Shown here: positions 1 to 24,890 of the stretch, piece after piece
How the letters are laid out: the number at the start of each line of letters is the position of its first letter
Position numbering within the stretch: the first letter of the stretch is position 1
DNA from: the human T2T-CHM13v2.0 reference genome, Homo sapiens
Assembly (NCBI RefSeq): GCF_009914755.1
Contig: NC_060941.1
Strand: one strand, 5' to 3'
DNA length: 64,000 nucleotides
Program-made: the position numbers and the translations under genes
The notes under the pieces: model-generated
Database searches by the model: none
Told to the model about the DNA's origin: nothing
What the model saw: only the letters and a program-made list of their open reading frames with translations

Positions 1-66
1 GTCTCCCCTACTCCGCTCACCCCGCAGTTAATGGCAAACGAATAAATAAATGAGGCGGCCTCGGAG
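1..66 (+). other. NPB: 3' UTR end of the neuropeptide B transcript, with overlapping AATAAA signals
   Basis: AATAAATAAA at 41-50. Identity is inferred from the known gene order (NPB abuts the 3' end of PCYT2); no NPB coding sequence is in the window. Confidence 0.6.
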
Positions 67-1408
67 TGAGGGGTGCTGGAGGACTGGCAGCCAGGCCACG
101 AGGGGAACGGGACCTGGAAATCCCCAAGCCTGGGTATGAGAAGGCAGCCGAGTGTGCGGCGGCAGGGCAAGGTTGGCCTGGGCCGCCCAGAGGTCTTCAG
201 ACCCAGGGGCGAAGCTGGCCACGACCCAGCCCCGCGGTGAAGCCGCGCCTAGCCTTGGTGCTCCCTGGGGGAAGTGCAGGGCCACGGCTGGCCCGGTTCC
301 CAGTGTCCTCCCCCAGCCCTTCGCTCCCCAACTCGAGAGCCAAATCTGTGAGGGCATGGGCTGGAGCCCCTGGCTGCCTTCCTCTTGCCCCCATCCCTTC
401 TGGCCAGGCCAAGTCCGAGGGTGCAGGGGCAAGGAGGAGAGTTGGGGGCCTGAGCCCTGGCTCCAGAGGCCCAGAGCATGCCTCCCCAGAGCTGAAGGTG
501 GGAGATGGGTAGGTTCTCCCTCCGCCGTTGGGTGTGACTCCGGAACTGGCTTGGGCTCTGGCCTCCAATGCTGCTACGGGGCCAGGCCCACCTCCGGGCC
601 CAGGCAGCAGCACTGCAGGGCCTTTCTACCCTCCCCAAGCCTGGGGCCCAGGCAGCCCCTGTCCAGCACCAATCTGTCTATGGGGAACTGGCTGGTCCCT
701 CTGCTCAGGGGACCCCGCAGTCCAGGGTTCTGAGTGGGAGCATTGGCACCACCCCACTCCTGAAAGCGGGGGCCTGGCAGGATGAGGATGGCCTGTGCCC
801 CCCACACCTTGGCCCCTGGCTCGGAGAGCAGGGTGACAGGCTGCCTTCCTGGGCTGTGGAGAGCCTCGCGTGCACCTCGCCTCCAGCTCCTGTGCTGGGT
901 CGTGAGGTCGACCTCACAACAGCAGAGGACAGGCCCATGGGGTGCCACATGGGCCAGGTGCTGTAGGGCAGAGGCCATTCTGGAGAGGAATGTGGGGCTG
1001 AAAAAAGTACTGATCATAAGCCTCATTTTGAATGCGGCGAGACCAGGCAATCTATGGCCTCCCTAGACACCTCCCGGAGGCTGCAGTAAGAACCTCTTCG
1101 GCCTCTGGGCTGCTCCAGGCGGGCCGTGACAGGGGTGTGGGAGACAGAGATCCCATGGCCCCTGGAGGGGCCAAGGGGCAAGGAGCCTCAGCTCTGGCTC
1201 TCCTCCTTATTCTAGCATCGCCTGCTACAGGGGGTGGCCCCAGGCTTTGGAGGGCTGGAGGCCCGGGTTTCACTCACTGCCAGGCTGCCCGCTGCACTCC
1301 CGGCTGCTGGGTGCATGGTGGGGGCAGGGCCAAGAGGGTCTCCTTGCTGAGTGGTTCCCTGGTCCTTCCCAGCAGGGCTGGGAGCCCCGCGCAGCACTGC
1401 CACCAGGC

Positions 1409-1414
1409 TTTATT
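1409..1414 (-). terminator. PCYT2: PCYT2 proximal polyadenylation signal AATAAA
   Basis: tttatt on the + strand, about 580 nt downstream of the PCYT2 stop codon. Confidence 0.7.
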
Positions 1415-1992
1415 CGGTTGTACCAAAGAGATTTCCGTCAGCCATGTACAAACAGAACAGAGTCCATAAGGAGAGTGGCGAAGCTGCCGGGAAGGAAGGC
1501 AAGCGTGTTTTCCTGGAGCCAGGCGCTGGGTGGCAGGACACCGTGTTGGGGGGTGCCCAGTGGGAGGTGGTGTGGTCTACACCCAGAGAACTAAAGGGGT
1601 GACCGCAGTCACTGCTCCCTAAAGCCCTCTGCTCTGCACCTCCCGCCACAGCTGGGTGGGCAGTCAGTGTGGCCTCTGTCCAGGTGGTGGGGGCATCCGG
1701 GGACCAGGTGGGGGCGCACGCAGGAGCGGTGCGTTTCAGGCTGCAGGTGCCGTCTGCCCGTCTCACTTCCGGCCTCTCCACTGTGCTGGACACCCTCTCT
1801 GAGCAGCTTTGCTGGAAAGAGCGGAGAGCCTGCTGCAAACCAGGCACCTTGTAGGCAGGCAAGGAGGCAGAGTCCTCACCAGCCCTTCCAGAGCCAGGCC
1901 AGTTAGAGAGGGCGGCCCTGCAGAGTCCTATGTCCAAACGCAGAAGGCGCAGAAGCAGAGCAGGGGGAGGGCCGGCCAGGGCCTCTGCCAGG

Positions 1993-8515
<6,523 letters not shown>

Positions 8516-9113
8516 GGCCCCGCAGCGGCGGCGCGGACAGCCTGGCAGCTCCCGGCGACTCCGAGCGCCGCCGCCCGCCCCGCCAGGCGCACGCTCAGCG
8601 GCCGTCACGCGGGCCTCACCCGCTGCGCACGGCCAATGGCGTGCGCCGCTCGGCCCGAGCCCCGCCCCCGCCTCCCCCGCCCCGCCTCCCGCCCTCCGCC
8701 CCGAGCCCCACCCCCCGAAGGCCGCGCCCCACCGCACCTCCGCGCACGGCCAATGGCGTGAGCCCCTGACAGAGTCCCGCCCCCTCCAAACGCACAGCCA
8801 ATGGCGTGTGCCGCGCTTTCCGAGCCCCGCCCCCCGACCCACACCTGGCCTCTCCGCACCGCCCACACCTGGCGCTCGGCTGGCGGGGCAGTGCGGCGTG
8901 GGGACCGTCCCACCGCCGCCACCTCCGGGAACCTCCACGGGGCGCTGTCCCAACCAGGGGAGTTTTTTTTCTTATTTTTTGGCACAATAATCTACAGTTG
9001 TCCCCTGTCCAACCAAGGGAGTTTTAAGCCACGACCGAGCTGCCAGGCGGCAGACCTGAGCCCGGGGAGCCCGCGCCGACCACTCGGGGACACCGGAAGC
9101 CAGTGCAGAAACG

Positions 9114-9119
9114 TTTAAT
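9114..9119 (-). terminator. SIRT7: SIRT7 polyadenylation signal ATTAAA
   Basis: tttaat on the + strand, about 460 nt after the SIRT7 stop, preceded by U-rich sequence on the sense strand. Confidence 0.65.
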
Positions 9120-9575
9120 AGAAATAAAAAGGTCTGCATAGAGCCGAGGCTCGGAGCCACCCCTCTGCCGCACATCCAGTACAGAGAGGATTCTATAAAG
9201 TTCACACTTTTTCATTAAGTAGTAGTAGAAATACGGTGAGGCCCTGAGACTGGCCTGGTGAGCGAGGAAAGGCCGCTGGGCGCTTCCACTCTGCAGGCCG
9301 GGGCTGAAATAACCCGAGTTCCGTTCTCACAGAAAGGTGCGGCTGCCACCTCTTGACACAGAGGCCGGATGGGCAGGTGTCCTCGATGGCCAGGCCGTAT
9401 CAGGGTACAACCGCAGCAGTGCAAGGGGCTTCCTCAAGGACAAATGGCTAAAAATGTCACGGTGAAAATGTCATCCCCAAAGAGTTCGTTCTCCCTAGAC
9501 CCGTGGGGGCAACCCAGCCTTCACCGTGACACTGGCCATCTGCAAAGTGCCAACTGTTCTTCATCGAGCACGTGA

Positions 9576-15291
<5,716 letters not shown>

Positions 15292-15442
15292 CGCTCCCCT
15301 GGAGACCTGCTCTTCCGCTTCCGCCTCACACGGCAGGCCGCGCTCAGGGCGCATGCGCAAGATGGGCCCCGCCCCCACCCACCCCTTCCGGCTCCGCCCG
15401 CCGCGTCGCCCCAAAGAAGCACCTGCCAGTCTCTTTAAAAGG

Positions 15443-15448
15443 TTTATT
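15443..15448 (-). terminator. MAFG: MAFG distal polyadenylation signal AATAAA
   Basis: tttatt on the + strand, with upstream UGUA and U-rich elements on the sense strand; ends a 3' UTR of about 4.3 kb. Confidence 0.75.
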
Positions 15449-18400
15449 GATCATATACAAAATAAAGAAAACCTTATATATCACAAACATACACTATGTA
15501 CAGCAATAAATACCCGGGGGGCCAGGCCCAGTGCTGCCCCTCCTGGACAATAATTTAGCAATAAATACTGCGCAGGGCAGGGGTAGGGCACCAAGGCCAC
15601 TGCCCTGCAAGAGGTCAGGCCCCTGCCCGCCCTACACGAAGTGTGAGCGCTCGGGCCTCACCCCGCATCCAAACCCCAGCCCCTCCTCACTTAGATCTTT
15701 AATAACCTCCATCCCACCCCAGCAGATCCCGGGGTCTTCTCCCACACACACAACCTCCCCTGGCTAGACCTAGGCAGGGCAGGCAGGGACTGATCAACTC
15801 TGCTTGGACCCACCTCTCAGCGCCAGGAGAGCAACAGGGCTGGACACGCGGGCAGCCCTTGTCCTGTTGCCAGGAGAAGGCTTTCTGTGCCCACTCCCGT
15901 TTGGTTAAAGGCTTCAGGGACTAGCAGATTGAGGGGGTGGGAAGAAGGGCAGGGCTGGGACACAAGGTTGCTGGAGGGGCCAAAGCCCAACTGGGGTCAC
16001 CAAGAACAGGGAGGTCTCACAGTTTATCGGGGACACACTCTAGCTCAGACTCAAGGGACACCCATGGTATCAAAGCTGCTGCTCCAGGGGCAGGGTGGAA
16101 ATGTGTGGGACTGGCCCAGCAGGTATGGTACACACCCAGGACACAGGCCAGAGGCAGGACAGGCATTAGTCTCTCAGACACGCCCTGCCTCTGTGTGGCA
16201 CTGATTATGTACTCTACTCTCCCGACCTGCTCCAAGGCCAGACAGCCAACAGGAAGGCAAAAATACACCAAAAAGAATTATTCAGTGGCTTCTGGGGGAA
16301 AAATCGTTAATGTGTTGGTTCCTTTCACCAAACCACAGCCTAAAAAAGTAACTCACAAGATCCCAGAGCGGAAACGGTGCAGCAGGCTGCGGCTCCGACT
16401 TTCCAGATGTGGATGGGCGCTTTGGCCAAGTGGCCACTCCAGAGGGAGGCAGCAGGGACAACATGGGACCTGACCATCGTCCCAAAGCAGGCTGCAGCCG
16501 CTCAGGGCCGTGGGCCGGGCCCTGATCACCAGTCAGAAGTGTACACACATATCTGAAACATGCACCAAGAGCTGAGCCAGCAACACCAGTGCCACCCCGA
16601 GCAGCAGCCAGGGGCCTCACTCTCCTGGTGAGAGCTGACCTGTCCCTGCTGGGTATTCCTCTGAAATCTGAGCGTCCATGTTAGGATAAAAGAGGAGTTG
16701 GGGCAAAGTTAAGGTGGAAGGGAAGACATATATCATGGTTTACTTGGCGGACAAGTTTGAGAGACCTGGCCTTGGCCAAAGCCCTCGATTCGCTGTGTCA
16801 GAAAAACTGAGGTGAGAAGAGACCACCACCCTCTCCACCACCCTCTCAGTAGGAAAGCGGGATCAACAGAGATCAGAAGGACAGCACACTCACACCTGCA
16901 CATGAACACACCATCTATGTCAGGAAATCCAGGGGAAGGGGAAGAGGGGTGGAGTGGCTCCGCAGGGCTGACCTGACAGGGGACAGGAACACTCCCCTAG
17001 ACCCAGGGAAGTCGCCCCAAATCCAAAGCTCTTGAAAGGAGGTATGGCCTCGAAACTCCAGAAGCCTCTTCTGCCAACGCACCGAGGACCTGCACCTCCC
17101 ATTCAGCACGCGTCGACCCTTACACCCTCCTCTTCCACACTCCCTTCGCCTCCAGGTCTGCAGCCTGGCAGAGGTGCTCAAAATGGATGGCCACCCACAG
17201 CCAGGACAAAAGTGGGGGCTGCACAAGGACAAGGAGGGCCTGTTTCTCCCCACTCCGAGGCAGATCATGACGTTTTCTTCATGGATACTTATGATATGAT
17301 TCCAACTAACGCCTGGATTCTACTTAGACAAGATCAGACTGAGGGGAGGGGGATGAAGTCACTAAATGACAAGAGTCAACAGCCAATATTTCCATTTTCA
17401 GGCTGACGCAGGTAGACACAGGACTTGTCTCTGAACACCTCGAGCAAAGAAAAGCTCATTAACATGACAAGTGTTGATGGTGCCTCCCTGTTCCCATCCT
17501 GTGGGCACACCAGGCCAAACTATTGGATAAAAATCCCACCATCCATAGGGTTAAGCCCTGTTGGGCCACAGTTTTTCATCTTACCCACATCTGTGTGCTT
17601 TACAGAAGTCTGGGCCCCACAGAAAAGAAACCAGCAACCCGGTGAAAGGCCAGGGCTCACATGGCCAGACACAGGGCTGTAGCCTCTTGGAGGTGGGTAG
17701 GGGCACCCCCTCCCCATCATATGCCTACAAGGAGCCTCCTGAGCCCAGCCAGGAAGGGCAGCAGCCTCTGGCGAGGAACTGAGAGCAGGAGGCAGGCTGC
17801 GCCCCCACAGGGAGGCACCTCCAGCAGAAGCCAAGCAGCTGATCCCTGGAAGACACAGATCCCAAAGGGAGGCAGAAGGCAGGCCCGAAGCCAAGAGCTG
17901 CCAGCGTGGACCAGCGGAGAAGAGGGACAAGACCCGGCCCTGGAGACTGTAGCCCTTGTCTGCACTGGTGGAGACCCCCAAGGCTCTCAGAGTGAGGCAG
18001 GGACAAGGAAGAAAGGGCGGTGCCCGGTGGGCCCCCACCCACTCTGCCTGGAAGCACCACCCGCAGCATGGAAACACCTCAGGGATCAAGCGGGCGGCGA
18101 GACCTGCAGCCCACGGCGCGGGCAGCCTATAGGAACAAAGCTGAGGCCAGAGGAAGACGGCCAGGGAACGCTTGGCCATAGCCCTGTGGCCACCCACAGT
18201 GACTCCCTCATCCCTGTAATGCCACCACCCAAGGCCAGAGGTGGTGGGTGTGGAAGCAGCGTGGGGCGCCCCAAGGGACCCCAGTTTCACCTACCCCGCC
18301 ACTAGATCAGCCCAAGCCCTAGACACAGATGTAGCCAAGGCTCAGTGGAGGGGGGCATGACAGAACCCCATGTCTCACCTCCTACGGACCAGGAGCTGGT

Positions 18401-19764
18401 GGTGGGCACAGATTCCTTGAGCTCTGACGCAGCAGGCGCCACTTGGCACCCCAGCCCAGGTCCAGCAAGCCAGCAGAAGCAAAAGCACAACTAAACCCAA
18501 AAAACGAACACGGGAAAACAGACACAAGAAGTGACACCCACAGGTCAAAGGTCACCAGAAGCACCAGCACTTTACCGCTGCACAAAACCTCACCAGGCAC
18601 GGACGACACCACGGCACCGGCAAGAGACGGAAGCAGGAAGGGCAGAGGAGTAAGTCACTTTCGGTACAATTGCAAAAGATATCAAAGAGGACGGCCTTCT
18701 GGTCGGCTCACGGCTTGGCTTTTTTTTTTTTGTCTTTTTTTTAAACTAAGTTTTATAAATAATGTCTGATAACTCTGTGTATATAAAAACTAAACTCCAA
18801 CAGCCACAAAGAGGTGTCCGTAAGTTTACAAGAAAGGGATTTTTTTTCTTTTTTTTTCTTTTTTTTTTAACTAGCAAAGTTTCTATTATACTTTCTTCCC
18901 TTTTCCATTCATATGGTCAAATGGTCTTCTTGCTTGTTTTTTTTCTAAAAGACAGTTTTATAAATACTCTGCAGCTCTTTTTTCTTTAACTTTTAAACAT
19001 ATAATTAATTTAATAACTTTGTAAAAGGAACTTCTCTCTTTTAAATAAAGGGCTATATAACCACACAAATAGGTCATGTAAACAGTGACACGGGACCCAT
19101 CGCAGGGCACACTGGACCCACCCTCACGTTAAGCGCACAACCAGCGATTTGGTCTTGTTCAGTGCAACGGGTCAGGCCTGAGTGCACAGCCCCTGGGCCC
19201 AGCTGCACGCCCCCAGCACCACTGCGCCCAGGCTGGTGGTCCACCCATCAGGGCCTTCAAGCCCGCCCTACTCTCAGAGCAGAGCCCATCTCTTCATGCT
19301 GGGCTAAGCTGAGCTGCTCCCCTGGGGCTAAAGAGAGTGAATCCTTCCCAGCCCGCGAGCCTGTGGCCACTCGGGAGTGGAGGGAACACTGGGACCCTCA
19401 CTGCTCGGGGACACGCGAGGCCCAGCGTGCCTGCTCCTTCTCTCTCCCGCAACTCTCTCTAGTCCGTTCCCACAGCACCAACTCTGGACTCCAAGCCTGC
19501 ATGGCCCTGGTACAAAAGGGGTTGGGGCGACCCCACGTCACCGCCGAACTGACCAATCCCAACATACAAAACACACGACGACAATGACGAGATCAAAGGG
19601 GCTCAGCCCGGCGCCCCTGGGGTACAGGTTGTGCTTTGCAGGGAAGAGAGAAGGGTGGGGAAGAGAGGGAGGAAAGAGAAGAGAAGGAAACAGAGGGACA
19701 GGGCAGCCAAATTCGCCATGTGCCTAGTGGCCCCGCAAAGACCCGCCTGGGCAGACGCGCGTCC

Positions 19765-20345
19765 CTACGATCGGGCATCCGTCTTGGACTTTACTATTGT
19801 GATGACGCTGGTGGCGGCCACCTTGCCTGGGACGAGGGGCCCCAGGCCGGCGGCAAGGGGGCCCCGGGCTGGCGCCACGGGGCTGCGGGCCACCGTCCGG
19901 GCGAAGGTCTGCAGCGCCTCGTACTTGGAGCGCAGCGCGTCGAGCTCCAGCTTCATGCTGGCGTTCTCTGAGGCCAGCTTCTCCACCTCCTGCTGCAGCT
20001 CCGCCTTCTGCTTCTCCAGCTCCTCCTTCTGCGTCACCCGCTTCACGCGGCAGCTGGCAGCGTAGCCGCGGTTCTTGAGCGTGCGCCGGCGCTGCTTCAG
20101 CTGGACGATCTCCTCCTTGGACAGGCCCCGCAGGTGCTGGTTCAGCTCCCGCACCGACATGGTCACCAGCTCCTCATCCGTCAGGCTGGTGCCATTCTCA
20201 CCCGGCTCCCGCTTCACCTGGGGCACAGTGCAGGTGGTCACAGGCCAAGCGGGCACGCCCACTGTGCCCCCCGACCCCAGCCCACAGGCTCCTGTCCCTG
20301 CCCACTCACCTTCAAGGCCTTGTTTCCTTTATTGGGGGTCGTCAT
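19765..20345 (-). CDS. MAFG: Small MAF bZIP transcription factor MafG (162 aa)
   Basis: Coding exons 20310-20345 ([12 protein letters not shown]; whole exon 20310-20374) and 19765-20217; sum 489 nt. Basic region [15 protein letters not shown] followed by a leucine zipper. Confidence 0.98.
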
Positions 20346-20775
20346 AACCCGGGGGCACAGCGAGCAGGCGCTCTCTGCAAGACACGGAGCAGGTCAGTAC
20401 CCTGGAGACCACCCTCGCCGCACCCCCCCCCCCCCCGCCCCCGGCCCAGTTCACAAGAGCCCTTGCCGCACAGCCCGCCCCAGCCTGCTGTCCAGGTGCC
20501 CAGCCCCCAATACCTGATAGGAGGCAGCCCTTGGCCTCTCCCAGGCTGGGCTGAGCTGCTTCCTGTCCACCCTGCCCCTAGAGAACCAGGTGGGAGGTCA
20601 GGAAGGTCTGACGGGAGAAGGGGAACTGAAGGCTGTTAGGAAGGCAGGCGCAAGACAAGGGGCGGGGGAGAGATTAGAAGGAATAAGACGCGGGAGAGGC
20701 AGGCCTAGAAGGAAGCCGGGAGCTTTAAAAATAACCCCGGCACTGCCCAGAGCGCGGCTGTTCCTGGCGAGTCAC

Positions 20776-20787
20776 GCTGACTCAGCA
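20776..20787. promoter_or_regulatory. MARE/ARE element near a proximal alternative MAFG first exon
   Basis: GCTGACTCAGCA. Candidate alternative-exon donor CAG|GTATTG at 20514/20513; CCAAT near 20872. Confidence 0.7.
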
Positions 20788-22689
20788 CATTGCCTCTGCC
20801 TCCCCGCCGCGCCCGCACTCCCTGGCCCGCCAGCCAACAGCACCCCACGAGAGCCGCAGCCCCCAGCCTGGCCAATAGCAGGTGAGGGCCAGCCAGTGAC
20901 CCTGTGTGTGCATCTTCCAGGGTCCTACCTTCTACAGCCACCTCCCCTGAGCCGGCCTCGGACAAAGCCCCCTGCTCCCTGGGTGCACAGGGGCCCCACG
21001 GGGGACCTGGCCAGAGAGGAGGCTACAGGGAACCCCGAGTCTCCCAGCCTCCTAACTTTGAAAAGCTGGGGGTGGGCCGTCCATCTAGCTCTGGTCTGTT
21101 GGCAGGACTGACCAGGGAGTTCCCCCACCTTCCAGGTGGCAGGCCATCAGCTGGGAGGAGCCTGGCCCGAGGCCCCTCTAGACCTCCCAGTCGGCCTCCT
21201 CCACTGATGGAGTAACCATCCTGTGGCTTTGGGTTGCAGGAAGCAGCCCCTGCCCCACCCCATCCAGGGTATTTCACAAGGGCTCCCACAGTGAGCCACC
21301 CCGGGCCTGCCCAACGTGAAGGCTGGCGGAGTCAGCCCCTCCGAGCTGCAGCCTGCTCTCTGGTCCCTGCCCCGGGTGAGTGCCCACAGGGCCAGGGAGC
21401 AAAAACAAAAGTGCTGGGGTGGCCGGACTTAACAACCAACTCTTCCCCACTCGGGGTCCCTCCAGCACTCTGCTCTCACTTTCTTGCTAAGGATGTTTCT
21501 GGGATTCCCAGCTCAGCCCAGCTCCCACCAGACCCTTGGGCATGGACCCCCGCCTCATGCTCCATCCCCCACTTTCCAGGTTTGATGCAGACAGATGGGA
21601 GACTCCTCCAGAGGAGCTAGGATCACTTCAGGAAATTATGGGCTGGGGGGCTTCTTACTCTCATCAGGGGAGCTGAAGTGTGGCCAGGCGGATGCACACA
21701 TCCTCACCAGGCTCAAGACTCCACCTCACCCAGCCTGGGACCAGGAGGTGAGGCTGCAAGCACAGAGCAGGGAGGGGAGGCCAGAGACCCCTCCCCACAG
21801 CCAAGCCAGCTCAGAGGCAAGGTCCCGAGGCTCCAGCCACTGGATTCTTCCAGATAAAGGATGGGGAAGACCTGAGCTGGAGGTCAGAAGGCCCACAGGA
21901 GCCCTTTCCTACACGTCCGGCACAACACTGCCCCAGGAGACAGGCCCTCAGCCAAGCATGGAGGGGCCCCCCAGCCTTGAGTGCAAGTCAGGGTGCAGAG
22001 ACACTGCCCTGGCACCAGCTTCTCCCACCCCCATCGCCCCCACCCCTGCTGCTAAGCACAATGACAGTGGTGACTTCCTGAAGAGATCACACGGAAAAGT
22101 GCCTCCTCGACAGATTTTGCCCTCCGCAGAAGGCCTGAACTCAGCACAAGTGCAAGCCATCGCCTCCTATCAAAGGTGCGCCGGGGGGTGGGGGAGGGGC
22201 AGCCCTGAGCACAGCCAGTGCGTTCCAGGCTCCTGGCCTGGCCTCTGGACCTGGGCTGAGAGGGACCATGCAGGGATCCCAGGAGCTGGACTGAGGAGAA
22301 GCTGCCCCCGCCCTCCTCCAGCCCTCAAGGCTGGGCAGAGCTGGGGCCTGTCATGCACCCTCTGCTCCCAGAGGCTAATAAGCCCACCTCACGCAGGAGG
22401 CACAGATGGTCACGGCTCCGCAACCTGCGAGGGTACCTAGGCCACCCATTCACACTGAGAGCCAGGAAAGGGAGGGAGATTTGGGAGCTCCGTCTCCTTT
22501 GGCTAAAGTAGAAACTCCCGTGCCTGAACACAGACAGCCCCACCTGGCTGCAAAGCCCAGCGGCCGAAACTCCCCGGCAGTCATGGCCTCTGCTCCATAA
22601 GCTCTCAGCTCCTGAAAGTCACTCTTTGAACAGAACCTAAAACTTAGTTTCCACTGATGCATAAGTGACTGAGAAGATGTACATAAATG

Positions 22690-23052
<363 letters not shown>

Positions 23053-23094
23053 TCAGCTAAAACATTGAAACATCTGGAATCTATAAGCCCCGGG

Positions 23095-23154
23095 GCTCAC
23101 TGAGAGTGGACCTGTGTTCTGTGTGTATGTGTGGGGGGTGCTCACTGAGAATGG

Positions 23155-23186
<32 letters not shown>
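23095..23186. repeat. Short tandem duplication (about 45-bp period) ending in a (TG)n microsatellite
   Basis: gctcactgaga(g/a)tggacctgtg occurs twice, followed by a TG run at about 23157-23186. Confidence 0.8.
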
Positions 23187-23188
<2 letters not shown>

Positions 23189-24124
23189 CGGGGGGCGGGG
23201 GGCATCCCTGAGGGCAAACCACAAAGTAGCCTAACCCAGCCATGAAATGAACTCCTGGGCAAAGGAAGTCAACCTTCGTGAATCTCCACATACCCAAGGA
23301 AAGGTGGCTCTGGCCACATCACTCCCAAGCTGCCACTTTCTAAGCGTCCTGGGCTGCCAGGCCAGACACCCAACAGGGCCACTCCCTTTGCTAACTTCAC
23401 ACAACGCTGAGACCCCACTTCAGGTAGCGACAACTTTAGGGTGGCTGGGTGCTGCGTTCTGCCACCCTGTGCCATCCACACCAGCCCATCTGCTGCACCC
23501 CAAGGCTAGGCACCCTGAAGCTCCCACCACCTACAGTCTCAACCCAGACTCCAGGGCCAACTGGGGAGAGAGGCTGGGCTGCTTCCTCCCCTTTGCCGTT
23601 TCCTGGTAGAGCTGCCCCTGCTTCCTCCCTGCCCAGCCCACTGTCACCCAGGGCTTGGTACACACACCCCTCTTTCTCCCAGGACCTCGATCTCTGGCCA
23701 GGGGCTGTCCAACCAGGCCAGTCCCAGGGAAAGCCGACTTCCCCTTTGGCTAGCTCGGCCCACCGAAGCTCCTCCCCTCCCTCACTCAGGGAACTATTTC
23801 CCAGTTTGGAAAACTGCTCCAGACTTGGGACCAGGACCAGCTGCCGGAAAAGAGCCGCCTGGGAAGGGGTGGACCGCCCGGGGCTTCACCTTTGACCCCG
23901 GGAGAACACCTGCAGCGAGCCACCCCCACTTCCTCTTCAAGCACCCCTGCCTTCAACTGGATCGCTCGGCGCTCACTTAAACAGGCACCCCAAGGCGCCG
24001 GGCCTGGCCCCCTCCCACATCCCCACGGCTCCCTCCCACCTCCCGCTGGCGGCCTTTTAGTCCCCGAGGCCCCTCGCTCGAATCCCCTCCGGTATCAGCT
24101 TGAGCACCGAGTGACCTCACGCTG

Positions 24125-24135
24125 ATGACTCAGCA
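24125..24135. promoter_or_regulatory. Perfect NF-E2/ARE site in MAFG intron 1
   Basis: ATGACTCAGCA; a related ATGAATCAGCA lies at 24281-24291. Confidence 0.65.
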
Positions 24136-24686
24136 AGTCTCCCTCCGGGCTCTGGCACGCGACTGACGGAACCCGAGCCCCAGCCAGGGGCAGGGTCTTC
24201 CCCGCAGCACCCCCATCGCCGCCCCTCCTCCCGGGCTCGCCGCGGACCCCCGCGCCGGGGAGAGCTGACGCGGCCACCGGATGAATCAGCAGCTGCGGGC
24301 CGGGCCGCCGGGCCCTGGCGCGGACCCCCGGGCGCCTCGCTCGACCCCACCCTTTCCTCCCGCCGTCCAGTGCCCCTCCCTCCAGGACGCCCGGGTCTCC
24401 GAGTCCGCTCCGCACTCGCCCGGCTCCGCGGGTCCGCCGCCGCCCGCGGCCCACCTCCAGTACCCGGGCGCCAGGGGCAGGAGGAGCTGGCTCCTGACCG
24501 CTGGGGAAATCGAGGCACGGGCCGCCAGCAGGGTGCGCGGCAGACCCGAAACCAGCGGCCCCCGCCGCCGGGCCCCCAACCGCCCGCCTAGCTCCGGGAG
24601 GAGCCCTGCCTGCGCGCCCCCTCGGCCCCCGCCGCCCCCGCCGCGCCGCCCCCACCGCCCGGGCCCGCCGCCGCAGCCGCACTCAC

Positions 24687-24890
24687 CACACTGCGGGCCC
24701 GGCGGGCCGAGGCCGGGGCGGGGCGGGGCCGCGCGCGCTCCGAGGCCGCGCGGGGCAGGGACCGGCGCGAGGGGTCCGGGCCCGGGGCTCGGAGGACTCG
24801 CCGCCTGCGCGGGCCGGGCCGAGCGCACTGGGAAGGCCGGGCCGGACCAGGCTCGGGATCCGCCGCCGCCGCCGCCGCTCCACAGACGTC
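24687..24890 (-). other. MAFG: MAFG non-coding first exon (5' end approximate)
   Basis: Strong donor TG|GTGAGT at 24687/24686 inside the CpG island; splices to the acceptor at 20374. Confidence 0.7.

Noticed and set aside
28-1990. Many 60-230 aa ORFs on both strands
   Set aside because: They lie in the PCYT2 3' UTR or intergenic DNA, are Pro/Gly/Ala/Arg-rich, often start at non-ATG codons and have no recognisable domains. This is expected in very GC-rich DNA.
19590-19600. Perfect TCF site AGATCAAAGGG in the MAFG 3' UTR
   Set aside because: Isolated motif with no supporting enhancer context in the sequence.
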